From NCBI RefSeq assembly GCF_002105155.1, contig NW_019028982.1, positions 1,178,001 to 1,242,000 of the forward strand: DNA of 64,000 nucleotides. The letters run 5' to 3'. A program made the translations under genes and the position numbers. Below the pieces are notes generated by a model. The model saw only the letters and a program-made list of their open reading frames with translations, was not told the origin of the DNA and did no database searches. Shown here piece by piece: positions 13,386-26,427 of the stretch. The stretch comes from Lobosporangium transversale (taxonomy: Eukaryota). The stretch's first letter is position 1, and each line of letters starts with the position of its first letter.

Positions 13386-16300
13386 AGCTGCAACTACTTA
13401 TTAATAATAACCAAGGTAAAAGCGTGAGATTAGAGCTTCGAAATACAACTTGCCTGTAAATATCACCCCTCTGACTGCCGATGACTTCATAGTCACCATT
13501 CTTTCCCAAATTAAGACATTCAGGAGCAGTCCACAATAAAGGGATCATATCAACTGTATTTTCGAAACCGCTATGCTCGGGACCATCTGAGATACCACTG
13601 GCGTAGGAGGCGCTAGCATGTGGAGTACTAGAGCTATAATAACTACCGCTGGTATGCCTAGGCCTGCTTCCTAAAGACAACGAGGCTCCAGAGGCTCCAG
13701 CCGCCTCTTCCTCTCCAACTAATCTATTTCCGTTGAAGTCTCCGTTCTCCACATAATTACGCATATTCTTACTTCTCCGAAAGGGCTCGTGGTTGAGGTC
13801 AAAGATCCCCTGCTGCTGGGGGTTTGAATGATCAGACTGCGATGGATGAGATACATCAGATGGCCACACACGGCCAGCGCTTTTCTGCTTTAGCATCTTT
13901 TCACTCAGAAGGCTGGGCTGTGGAGTAGGCGTGTCCAATTGCGACCTGTAGAGTCCATCCAACCCATAGCCTGCGATCTTAAGCTCCCAGCGAGATGAGA
14001 TCAAACAGTTCATGCTTGTTAAACGCCCATGAAACATAATCTTGGACATATGAAGGAACTCCATACCCCGACACAGATCCTGCATGAATGAAAACTTGAA
14101 GAGCCAAGTGAATTTATGGTCCATATTTGCCAATACAGCTGCCAATGTACCTTTTGGAACAAGTTCTGTTGTCGTGGAAAATTTTGAAAAACATTTTCAA
14201 TTTCCAAGTAAAATAAAAATAAAGCGTATTACGCCTAATAATTTACAGAAGTGCACAATGAAGCTGCCATACCTGTGACAATGCAGATGTTGGGTTGTGC
14301 AAGGCAGACGCCAATAAACTCGACAAGCTTAGGATGACGAAGTTCTCGCATATTGAAGATCTCTTTACGAAGCTCTGAGGTCACTGTGACTTTCTTGGAT
14401 CCAATCTTCTTGATATAAACAGGCATACTGCGCCAGGTACCAACTGCAGATGACCCACGGCTCATGACTAAGGAAAATTGGCTGGGGTTGTTTCCTTGAA
14501 GAGACTTTGTATTCCTACTGGAAAAATTGAGGAACCATTCCAATACGGTTAGATTGTGCTTTTTTTCTTTTTCTTTCTATGGTTATGACTTCCCCGTAGC
14601 CCGAACTTACGATGAGCCAGAGGGTGCGCTAAAGCTAGCAACTTGGTCAGAACTAATATGGCTCCCTGCACTATCATTCCCCAGATCATTACTTAGTCGC
14701 GGACCAAACTCAGCGGATGACCGTCTTTTGAGATAAGCTGCAAGCGTAGACGCATTACCAACTGTGACGCCAGGAAGGATAATACCATTCATATTATTAG
14801 GGCCACTCATGCGTGGAAGGCCATAAGTTCTATCTGTCTCACCTCCGATGCCACTATAAAGCAACTTTGCCAGATCCAGTTGCCAAGAGTCATCATTAAG
14901 TTTCTTCCCGTTGATGTATTTTTTCCTTTTATACCAGCAGAAGACCAGCAACGCCGCTAGTACCAAGCCCGACAAGAGAGGAATAAGGATAGCCATCAAA
15001 AGTTTAGACAGACTCACTATTGCAAGATTGTTGTGATCAAAGAGGTCGATTAAAAAAAAAAAAAAAAAAAAAAAAAAGTCAGAACAACTAATCTTTAACA
15101 AGAGACATCAATACTCTATACTCTGAAATCCATATCTGATAGCCTTACTCCCTGAACTGCTTCCACAGTTGCCATCGCTGCAGTCAACACAGCTTACTTG
15201 ACCAACACCTGTAGTGGTCAGACCAGAAGGGCAAGAGGAGCATTTGAGTGCATCCGAATAGTTGCTATATGTTCCGGCAGAACAGCGTGTACACATGGAC
15301 CGAACTTTTACATGACCATCAGGATCCACGCAGAGCACTGTATCTGTATCCTCACTTGAAAAGTCTGTGCTCGTATATGGTGACAAATTCATGGGGATCC
15401 CTTGAAAAGCACCCGCAGACCCTTCCATGCTCTCCGGAATGCTTCGACCGGACGAGTAATATGTACCGGGCTCACAAACGTAGTTTATGGGCACAGGTCC
15501 GGTAGCAAGGAACTGGTTAAAGACCTTGGCTCGATTAGGATACATCATTCTGATTGAAAGACTGAGAACTGAATGAAACCCCTGGATGTATTGCTGTGGA
15601 TTCAGGATGCCAGTGATATACTGATTATTTGCCAAAGAATGGATTGCCTTCGTAGATGTCCCCATCACGAATACTCCAGGAGAACTTGAATCCGGTGCTG
15701 CCTTGGAAAGCAAAGGTAACCCCTCCCTCAATGTAGCGCTCTCCGTCAGAGGTGATAAGCCAATAGAGGCCGCCGAACCACGAATCTTCTTAAGATTAGG
15801 GTAGATCTTGGCTACCACTTCATAAAGTGGTATGGATGTGCAGAGGATCGAGTCAAATGGTAGCGTGGCTTGTTCCGAAAAAGCATTGATAATGCGTTGC
15901 TCGTCCGGCGATAACGTAGACTCGTTATCCTGTCTTTTGTACCAGTGCTCATTATGAAATGCGGCGCGCTCCTGAATTTCGCTGCTGTTAAACACCAAGT
16001 CGCTGGCTTTCGCATCAATTTTCATCATCATGTCTTCCAACCTGCCAACTCTCGCCTCGCCGTATATTGTGGCTAGGAACTTGTGTAGCTGGATACAATG
16101 TCCTTCTTGCCACCATGGCCCATTTAACTCTATGAGACACAAAGGTATGCCAAAGCCGTTTTTCAGGATCTGAGATGAGAATGTCGAGCCAATGGCGGTA
16201 TCGCTAGGCCCGTGGAAAACAACTCTACTCGGTAAAGGCACCCAATTGTCCACTGTGCCTATACCCATGATAGGCATGTTCGGTCCCATCACGGTGTTGT

Positions 16301-18508
16301 TCAATAGCTCACTGTATTGCTCCTTATCAGCTAAGGACATGATGACGCCTTGAATGCCTTTATATGGGCCATACCGCGATTCAGCTAAATTACCAGTCGT
16401 CCCAGAACCAGCAGATAGTAGGGTATTCTGGACCCCTTCCAATTCCGGTACTGAAGTCGCTGAGATCGTGTTCCACCCAAACAATGTCGTCGCTTCGATA
16501 ATACCGCCCAAGGCCTCCTTCCAGCGTGTTTTCTCTAGTGAAATATTGCGGTTAAACACTACAGCTGTCTTGTTCTGCGCAATGAAGTCGAAGAGGTCTC
16601 CTGAATGATCTTGTGCATACTCAGCTTCGACATTGCTAGCGTCCAGCAGCGTTGGTCCCGTCCAAATTGTGTCTACCTGTAATCTTTGTTTCGATGAAAC
16701 CATAAGGAAAATTTCTAGAACAGGAATCGCTCCTTGAAGATACGGCGATTGGGAAGTGGCCGCAACAATGGTTCCTGATTTAACGTACTCTATCATATTC
16801 TCATTCAATTCGAATGTGCCTACCCATAACCCACCTGGCCTCCCAGGCACAGGATTGCCTGTTTTATTCAGCGAAATCTCCACAGCCAAGTCAACTGTGA
16901 GTGTTGACAGAGCGATAATTGAGTCAACGTTCGGATACTTTCCGAGATGACTCTTCACGGTTCGGAAGACTTGTTGACTATCGTTAGTGCGATTGACCAT
17001 TATAGTTCTATTAGAGAAAGAGTCGGTAAGATTCAATCCCCGAGCCCTAAAAGCCTTGAGGACTCCTGAACAGCGGTCGGCGAACGTTTGCACAAAAGGC
17101 ACAGCGCCAAGACAAACAAAACTTCGCGCTCCTACGGCATGTTCAAAACAAGTGGTCAGTCAGCAACCACAATAGATTGTACTTCTTTTGTAAAGGAGTC
17201 AAGCCTATAAATCTAATAGGAATACCTTTGTCAAGTAGTGCGTTTCCGATCAATTCTCCAGCAGCGACATTGTTCTGTAAGACGGAGAGGAATCCTTGCT
17301 GTCTGGCAGATTCCAGGCCTATATTCATGACTACAATTGGAAGTCCTGGACGCTGTCTCTGGACATCAATGACCGCGGCTGCAATGTCGGAGTTGGGGAT
17401 AGTGACAATTAACCCATCAATAGGCTCCTCGGAGGCTTTTCTGATTCGACTAGCCATAGTGTCAGTGTCGAAGACGCCATTCAGTGTCGTCCGCTGCCAA
17501 TCCAGCTGAATATCGGTGATTTTCGCTGCATCCCAAGCACCTGCATGAACTCTGTCCCAAAACGGAGTAATACCTAGTTAAAAATAATGGTCAAGGGTAT
17601 GATATAAAATGGTCCCTGAGCATGCAGTTATTGACAGGAGGCTTACAAGGATTGATAAAAGGATTGGAGTACAAACCATGATCGATTCCCAGCACTCGAA
17701 TAGGCCCATCTTTATATGATTCTGACTTCCGACCATTGAATCCAGTCATAGTTTTGGGATCGCAAAGAGGGAGATTGGAGATATTCATGGCTTTTGAATT
17801 GGACGTCAAGGCATTGTACTGGTACCCAGATGGAGAATCCATAGACCGCCGCCCAAGGCCATGATGTTGAAAAAATGGACGTATCCCTAATCCCGGTGGC
17901 TCCTGAACAGGGATCGAAGCGACAGCATGGAGCATTGAAAGTGGCAATAAAAACACCAGTAGCCAAGTGAGTATGGATAACAATGAAGAAGACTGAGAAG
18001 GTCTTTTCGAGCTTTTCCGAGTGAATTTAGGCGATCTGGAGAATGTGAGATATAACCTTTTCAAATACATAGCGCTATTAGCTCCTAAAAGCTTTCTATG
18101 GCTACTCTTTGGGTACTGCCGGCTTTGGCGAGTCTGGATCGAGTCCTTTGTATTGTTGATCTGGGATCTAAGATGGGGATGACACTGTTCAGACCGAGGT
18201 GTGCGAACCATAGCTACTGATTTCCGAGTTAAGGAGGATCTGAAGAATAAGTGCCGACTCCTTATTCGTATATGACTACTCTTGTACTTTGAGTGGGCTA
18301 TTCTGTCGGGGGTTGGCATCTGACTGAGACTGGTAGAGAAAACAGATACCAGCACAGAGTATAAAGATGGAGGATTGTGATGCCACTGACTGACGTTCAC
18401 AGACGACAGTGGTACTGCAATTTGGAAGGAGACACAGTGTCTGAACTGGGACTCACGTGGCCCCAGGTTATGAGTGATAGCTGTTGTGTGATGGACAAGG
18501 GATTCCAT
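9603..18508 (-). CDS. Transmembrane hybrid histidine kinase: tandem periplasmic-binding-protein ectodomains, Cys-rich repeat, TM, receptor-guanylyl-cyclase-like pseudokinase, coiled coil, HisKA, HATPase, receiver; ~2721 aa
   Basis: Exons 18508..17677, 17573..17226, 17131..15149, 15016..14611, 14514..14273, 14165..13454, 13342..12842, 12744..9603 (8166 nt, in frame; first donor could alternatively be at 17646 and the start could be later). H-box [17 protein letters not shown]-box [15 protein letters not shown]1 DTGVGI, G2 GGTGLGL, receiver VLVVDDN...IFMDIWMP...IIAMTA...[31 protein letters not shown] followed by KRKK. Confidence 0.9.
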
Positions 18509-19574
18509 ATGAATGATTGTTGTGAATCTGAAAATTAGGAGGCATGCAGGTGGTTAGTTGGACGATCAATGTTAATCCAAAAGTAGTTTCATTTTTGCGT
18601 TTGTGGCACGGTGAGATGTAAATGTGAATTCAAGCATATGCAGGATATGTCATCATAAAAAAAGGGGGAGTTTGAGCAGAAGAATCTTTTTAATATTACA
18701 TCGCATCGTTTCGACTACGGTGCGGACTGACGTTTTTTTTAAAAAAAAAAGTTCATTGAGCAACTGAACTAAAATGCTCCTTCCATGTGCGATATCTCCA
18801 CAATAGTCTAGTCTACGACATAGTTCATACTGTACTACATTTGTCGTGTACAGCATGCCAAGAGAATGAAAGAAAAAAAAAAGACAGGTACCATTTCATA
18901 AACATGGCCCCTGCAGCATGCTTAGCCTGCTTTCCACCAAATCGACAATCAGAAAAAAAAAATGCTGTGTTCCAAATACATCCTAAGCACACACCCAACT
19001 AGATCTCAGCGAGGAAGAGAAGACAAAGTGGAGTTGTTGAACGAGCAGGAAACCGCCTTCAAGAGCAGGATTTCCTCCATATTAACTTTTTCAACAAGTC
19101 TTTCTATACCCCTTTCAGGGAACTTTCAACTTTTTCATTAAAAGATTCCGAATTTAATCAAGCTCCGTCTCTGCCAGGTTAATTACATTCATAACCAATC
19201 TCACGACAACATCGATAGAGGAAGGATTATACAAGCGAGAAAAAAAAAAAAAAAAAAAAAAAAAGCGCAAGTCGGTAAAATTGTGTTTTTTAGAAGCGAC
19301 AGGATATTGCTGTTGGTGATGTGCATACGAAAAGAGGGAGGGGAATGACGATGTCCATGGTGCATGGATAGGGACAGGCGATGCTGTTCATGATAATGAG
19401 GTAGGGGCAACAAAATTGATAGATAAACGCGGCCTTACCAGCAGTGCTGATCGGGTTATCAAGAAACGCTATTTTCAAGGTTTATCGTAACCTGCCAATA
19501 GTTTGTTGTAGAACTTGAGCAGGATAGGTGTGTTACGCTGGCTCCAGAATTATAACCACATGAGAATGAGTTTT

Positions 19575-19760
19575 AATGAATGTGTTAATGAATGAATGAA
19601 TTAATGAATGAATAAATGAGTGAATGAATGAGTGAATGAATGAGTGAATGAATGAGTGAATGAATGAGTGAATGAATGAATGAATGAATGAATGAATGAA
19701 TGTTTTAATGTGTTTTAATGAAGGTATGAAGGTATAAAGATATGAAGGTATGAAGGTGTG
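19575..19760. repeat. (GAAT/GAGT)n microsatellite followed by (ATGAAGGT)n repeats
   Basis: Directly visible tandem arrays in the intergenic region between the divergent histidine kinase and CHO2 genes. Confidence 0.9.
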
Positions 19761-21376
19761 TGCATGTAATGCGGAAATACAGGCTGAATGGAACAAAGTA
19801 CAAGACAAAGTGAAAAAAAAAGAAATGGATACGCCACTCTACAGAGATGGCAGGAAGAAGACGATGATTGGCGGCGAAGTCAGAGACAACGGTGAAAGTG
19901 GAGATAGCAGGCAGACCACACGAAGGGTGCAACGAAGAAAAGTTGTCTTGGAAATATCTCCACTACTCAAAGCAAAAGATTGGTCCTCCGATCACTTTAA
20001 TCTTGCATTTCCATGTATCATTTATAAATGTCTCTATACCTTGTATGGTATTGTTGGTCAAAAATGGTTGATGTCATTTTGATAAAATTCTTATAAACCT
20101 TATTGAAATCTGTTTCCTCTTCCTTTTCTTTTCTTCCAAACGCATCCTTTCTCAAGTAATCTGGATATTACCAAGAATTAAAATAATTGGTCTCATCCGC
20201 ATTCGTAAAAATAAAAGCTCTGTTTGTGTTCGAATGGAAACAATCTTTCGCGGTTGTTACCCTTTTAAAATTCATCTAGGCCTTTGAAGACCCTGGAAAA
20301 ATGATTCTTAATGCATTGGACGATTCTTGTACGTCATGAGAACTTATAACCTTTGCTGTGCCATTCTTTGAATGGAATGCTTTCGCACTAGCGCGATTTA
20401 TACAAAGAATACAACGACACTCTACCCCCCTGACAGTCAATCAAAGATTCTATTCAGTTTAGTATTCTCATCAGTCATTAGAGCCCATCCAAGTGAAAGG
20501 AGTAAAGGAGTAACCGGTTGACTACTGATATACGAAAAATACTCCTTCTTCAACCCTCTCTTGCTTTCAACTTTGTATGGAATGAATTCACTAAAAAAAA
20601 AAAAATACGCAATCCGAAAATGAAATTATTGTAGCACGGCTCTCCAGCAATTTACATGTACATCCTTTGGAAGAGAAAAAAATCAATGGAGCTGTTGTCA
20701 GCAAAGCTGTTGTGTTTCCAAAAAAAAAAAAAAAAAAAAAAAAAAAAACGTGACTTAGCGCCACCAATTTGACATATGATAGTTGTTTGTTGGGGTGATC
20801 AACCTCTGAAAATCTTTTCCAACGGCTGATTGCACGCGAAACACTGTATACAGTGACATTTTTAGGTTGGAGTGGATCTCTTGGCAGCACGCGATTACTC
20901 GAGTAAAATCTTTAAAGATGGCGACAGAATAAGCATTGGCATAATGTTGTGCTATTAGAAGCAAATTAATCATCTTTTCCCATAAGCATGGCAAACATGT
21001 TTTACTTTGAAGTTTCTTCATGATTCAAAGTAGAAAATTCGTTCCATTTGTTTCCTTGTGTACCAGCTCTTGACCCGAAGAGCAACATAAACACGAGCTC
21101 AGGTACAATACAGAAACAGACACGAGCACGAGCTTAAGCACGGGTAGACCAGATTGGACCCCAACCAACTTTCTTGAGTCTACAGACACGCACGCTCTCG
21201 CCTTCTCTCTCTCTCTCCTCGCTTCTTCCTTCCTTCTTCCCTCTACTTTTCTCATCCCTACACTCTCTCACCTTCTACTCTTTGTTCTTGTCGCTCCCCA
21301 CATTCCTCATCTCTCCGTTTTGGGCGCTCTTTAAGACAATAGAAATTAAATATTAGAAGAGTGAGACTCTACAATC

Positions 21377-22525
21377 ATGGATTCTGAGCTCCGTAACAGG
21401 AAGGTCTCAACAACCCAGCTGGAGGTCAATGGCGTGTCCTCATCCAACAAGGTGCACGCTACCGCAGCAGTCCGATCAGGAACTCCTTCCATGACTGAAT
21501 CACCCGATCTCCATAATTCGCATGGCAGAGATTCGACCGATTCAGCTACTTCGGGTCAATCTCTATCAGAGTCCCAGAAGTTGAGCCTAGCCAGGGAACA
21601 GGAAGAGACTGCGTTTGGCAAAACTCCCAATGGCACAAGTATGAATCTCCAGTTGATCGACAATTTACTGTTGTTTACACCCACATTCAAAGATTGTTGT
21701 TCATTGTTGCTGATCCTCTCCTTTTTACAAATGCTATCGAACTACAGTTTTTCGCGTGCCTGTTACAAAGGACATGCTGAGCGAGATCTTTGATATGAGC
21801 AAGAAAAAGTCTGCTTTTGATCTCATCACCCTTGCCGTTATGGGTGTTCAGATTCTCATGTTCTTCACTCTACCCACATACATTAAACGTTGGCTGTTCC
21901 TGGCCCTCTTCTTATTCTGGAGAGCAGGATACAATGCGGGTTTGGGCTACTTGTTGAAACTTCAGAGCGAACGTAGAGCGTTGGTTGCTTGGGCTAAGGA
22001 ACAAGGCATTTTTGACAAAAAGCGTGGTGGTGGCTGGTATGAATGGCTCAAGCAAGAGCTCAGCTGCAAGATGGACTCGGACTACGATTTTGATGTAAAT
22101 AAATCTTCATGGTTGCTTGATCATTTGATCATTTATTCGAGGATGCATTCTCTTGAACTGATTTTTTTCACTCCATTTTGAACCCAATAGGCCGTACCTA
22201 TCGAATTCAACACATGGCTATTATACCGACAGCTTGTAGACCTAATCCTCATGAATGATTTCACTACCTATGTCTGCTTCGCTCTATCTTGGCTCACCTT
22301 CCCTGCCGGATCTGGCTTTTTTGGCCACGTATTGCGCTGGACCGCTGGGTTCATTCTTGTGTTCTTCAATATTTGGGTCAAGTTGGACGCACATCGTGTA
22401 GTCAAGGACTTTGCTTGGTGTAAGTTTACACCCTCTCCCTTCAATTTGCGGCCACGACAGTAACAGTAACGACAGTAGCATATGAAGCATCATGTATAAC
22501 CTTCTTCCTACGCTAATTGTGTATG

Positions 22526-22558
<33 letters not shown>

Positions 22559-25132
22559 TTGGGGTGACTTTTTCTTTCTGATTGAACAATCATTAACGTT
22601 TGATGGAGTCTTTGAGATGGCACCCCACCCAATGTACTCGGTTGGATATGCTGGTTACTACGGTATCTCCCTCATGATGGCCTCATACATGGTGCTCTTT
22701 GTTTCACTCTTTGCCCATGCCGCCCAATTTGCGTTCCTCACTTTGGTCGAGAACCCTCGTAAGTGTTTATTTTATGCTACCCTGTCTGATTAGCTTGGCA
22801 ATTTTGCAAAAAAAAAAAAAAAAAAAAAAAAAGTGCTCATATTTACTCTTGTCCTCACTTAGACATTGATAAGACCTACAATCCTCCTCAGATCCCTAAA
22901 AAGCGTGTCCCCACTACCACTGAGGCGTCATTGGGACTATCTACTGGTCAGAGCTCTGTTGTTGCCTCCCCTTCCGACCATGTTGCACCCATTGATCAAG
23001 CAGCAACACTTGTCCCTTGCGGATCGAAGGACATGTACAACACCTACTTTAGACGGGATCTCATTGTTTTCAAGAACTTTGATATTTTCCGTTCAAACGA
23101 TATTTTCGTGGCGCTTATTATCTTTTATGCTACCATTGTGCCGCTGCTGATTTCCAACACAGGACCTCGCTTCTTGACATTCATGATGGTTATTCAGGCC
23201 TTGATGTGGCGTGTTTTCCATTCCTATGTACTTGGTGCTGTCTTGAAGAGGCAGAGTGACAGCAAATTTTATACGAAGCATTTTATCAAGCACGGAGGCA
23301 CAGTACAGGATGCATTCCAAAGCTGGAAAAGCATTTTCAACTTGTCCAACTCGATGACATACGCTACCTTTTTCTTGGCTGCTTTCAAAATGTATTCAAT
23401 CCCGGACGATTGGACCTATGGTACCGTCCTACTTCGTCATGTCCTTGGGCTTGCATTGATTGCTCTCCATATTTGGGCCTCAGTCTCTGTCTTTGAGGTA
23501 CTGGGTGACTTTGGTTGGTTTTATGGTGATTTCTTTCTGGAAGACTCGTCCAGCGGTCTGTTCTACACTGGGATCTATAGGTAATGTTTTGTCCCTATTT
23601 AATGTTACGAAGCAACAGGCATGTGCACTCACAATATTACGTTAAAACTCAGCATCCATCCTACATCTGATCTATATAATCAACTATGAATAGATTTGTC
23701 AACAACCCTGAGAAAGTCATGGGCCATGCTGCATTCTGGGGTATGACCTTGATTTGCAATAGCTGGTCTATTTTTATCTTGGCCATGTTCTCCCAGGTCT
23801 CTAACTTCTTGTTCTTACACTATGTTGAGTCCCCTCACATGCGTAAGATTTACGGAAATAAGATTCGTAAAGATGCTGGTGTTGTCAAGACTGTAAAAGC
23901 TGCTAAAATCTTCCCCAAGAAAATGAAGGATGAAGTCAGCAAGATCCGCGAGAAGCTGGAGGAGACACCCGAAATTAAGGATGTACTTCAGAAGACACGG
24001 GTTGTCTCTGAGAAGGCACAAGAGATTGTCGAAGGTACACGTGATGACTTGAACGGCTTGGTCCAAAGTGTTGCTCCTCGTATACAAGAGATGGTCTCCA
24101 ATTCCAAGGCTCTACTTGAGAGCTCCAGAGAAAAATTAATTGTAGCGTAAGTCTTCAAACACGGCACCGAACTGAGGTTTAAATATGAATGATCAGCCGC
24201 TATTCTTTATTAACGCTAACTTTTATAATAGTCGAACTTGGGATGACATTGGAGTGTATGACAAGTCACAATATTCAGTAAAGATCATCAATGACGTTGC
24301 TCCGGCCGTCAATGCAGAGGGCATTCCCACCTACAGCCTTGGCCAAAAACTGACTGTAGAGTGGACAGCGCCTTTGAACCATGGTACTAAGGATTGGATC
24401 GGTATTTACAAGGTCTCAAGCAACAACTCCAAGGAAGTGACGTCTGTGGCTTCCAAGGGCCGCTATCTGTATGTTAACCGTGATTTGGGACTTGGAGAGG
24501 CCGAAGAAGGCGTGAATGATCATGCTGGCAAAGGCGATGGTGAGATTATTGAAGAGGAGGTTGTTTGGATTGAAGAAAAGGAGCTGTGTCGTGGCCGTGT
24601 TGTTTTCCTGGGCGACAAACTTCCATGGTTCCAAGGCACTTTCGAATTCAGATACCATCACCATGGACGATACAACGTTATGGCTTACACAACACCATTT
24701 GCCATTGCATGTAAGCAGGGTTAACTTCATATCCTTATGCTCATCCAAAAAAAAAAAAAAAAAAAAAAAAAAAACTTACAATTCGTTTTTTTATATCTTC
24801 TTAATATTGCAGTGGAAAACTACCAGGACGAGAAGGAGCACACTGTGGCCTCGATTAGCCATGCGCTCTTGCCATATGTCCAACGTTGTTTCAATTCTGA
24901 TGAAGAAACAATGCCAACCTCCGTGGATGAGCGCTTCATCATGATTAACGAATCAATCGCACAAAGGATTGTCAGGGGTATTCAGCTCATGTATGGAATC
25001 GAATTTACTTGGGAAGTAGTCGCAGTCGATATGAGCTGTCTTCATCTTGCTCTCCGTATCTTCACAGCTCGTCGAGCTCTGGCACCTTTCTCCTCTATTG
25101 ATTCGCATATTTCACTGTCGGATGAGTCTTAG
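21377..25132 (+). CDS. CHO2: Phosphatidylethanolamine N-methyltransferase, ~1002 aa
   Basis: Exons 21377..21638, 21748..22094, 22191..22419, 22558..22758, 22863..23580, 23694..24146, 24232..24710, 24813..25132 (3009 nt). Motifs [89 protein letters not shown]...FEFRYHH. Confidence 0.95.
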
Positions 25133-26427
25133 TTCATCTCAGTCCATCAAGAACAGCAATCTAAGGCATAGTTAAATATGTATAACGCATGGATATGAAG
25201 AATACTTTACCTTGGTTTCTTTTTTTCTTTTTCTAAAAAAATGCATTAGTGTATGTAGATATGAAGTATATATATGTAACAAATAAAATAAAAAAACACG
25301 AAACCATCATGCCTTTCATGCTAATTTTATCACCTAACGGCTTCTTGCTATCGCCGATACTTTCGACATCCACTGAATTTGGTCATCTTCCTTTGAAATG
25401 CGCAAGAAAATCCCAGCCCATTGATTACAGCGATCTTCAACAAATGAGAGATGATACTATCAGTCATTAATCAAGGGTAATGGGAACTATTATACCGGAT
25501 ATGGACAAACGCAAGCAAGAAGTCGCAGTGAATCATGGTTATAATCTCTAGATATTGAACGCCATTGTCGGCTAACTGAATTTGATTTTAAACGCAGCTA
25601 ATGCAGCAGTTACTCAAATCTGGGTCTCTTGAAGTATTTTTGGGCACAATGTATGCTTCAATCCAGGAGCTAGAGATAAAGGCTAATAGGGAGAAAACTA
25701 TCGACAGTGCTAACAACAGTGTTGACAAGCTCAATGCTGATCACCTCCAATGTCCCTGATTCCACTTTCCAGAGTTTATTGAATTTGCAACTGTATAGGC
25801 TTTGCCAAAACAGACCTTTTCTGCTCTCAATGGTGGCCGCACACCATAGTAAGAAAATATAGCCGAACATCTTTCTAAAGTTGTTCGAATGTTTGAGGAT
25901 AAGGCAGTCAAGGGATAATGCGCCCCAACAGGCGAAATATAGACCTGAAGGTTGTGCATATCGCGGTTTATGCCTTAGTTGTTTGCAATGGTACCAAATG
26001 TCTACTCCACGCACAGTTGAGGCTGTCTCATGCCTTGGTTTCCTGTTTCTTATCCCTCATCGATTGCAGTGCTTCGATGCAGCGCTCAATCTGGAGCCAT
26101 ATCAGGTATCCTTCATCGCTATATACATATTACCAAATATCGTCTCCGAATACTGCGGTAATTCTCGACCTTAGACTGTGAATGTTGTGATGAAATTTGA
26201 TCTGTGAAATATGAATTTTTGTGTTGATGCCTTGGGTGGTGGCAACACGTCTACATGTCATGTTGGACAAGCATGTTTGTGATCGTATTTATTGGATTTT
26301 GGAGTACAAAATATAAAGGGGGCCCACTGAACAGTCTCCATGTCTACAAAGATTGCTAAAATTCTTTTACATGTACTTTATTTTTAACTGTTAACAATAA
26401 AAAAATAAAACAAAATAAAATAAAGGC

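Noticed and set aside
25300..26200. Short ORFs in several frames, possibly a Crinkler-like or nuclease remnant
   Set aside because: No consistent frame, splice pattern or recognisable motif.
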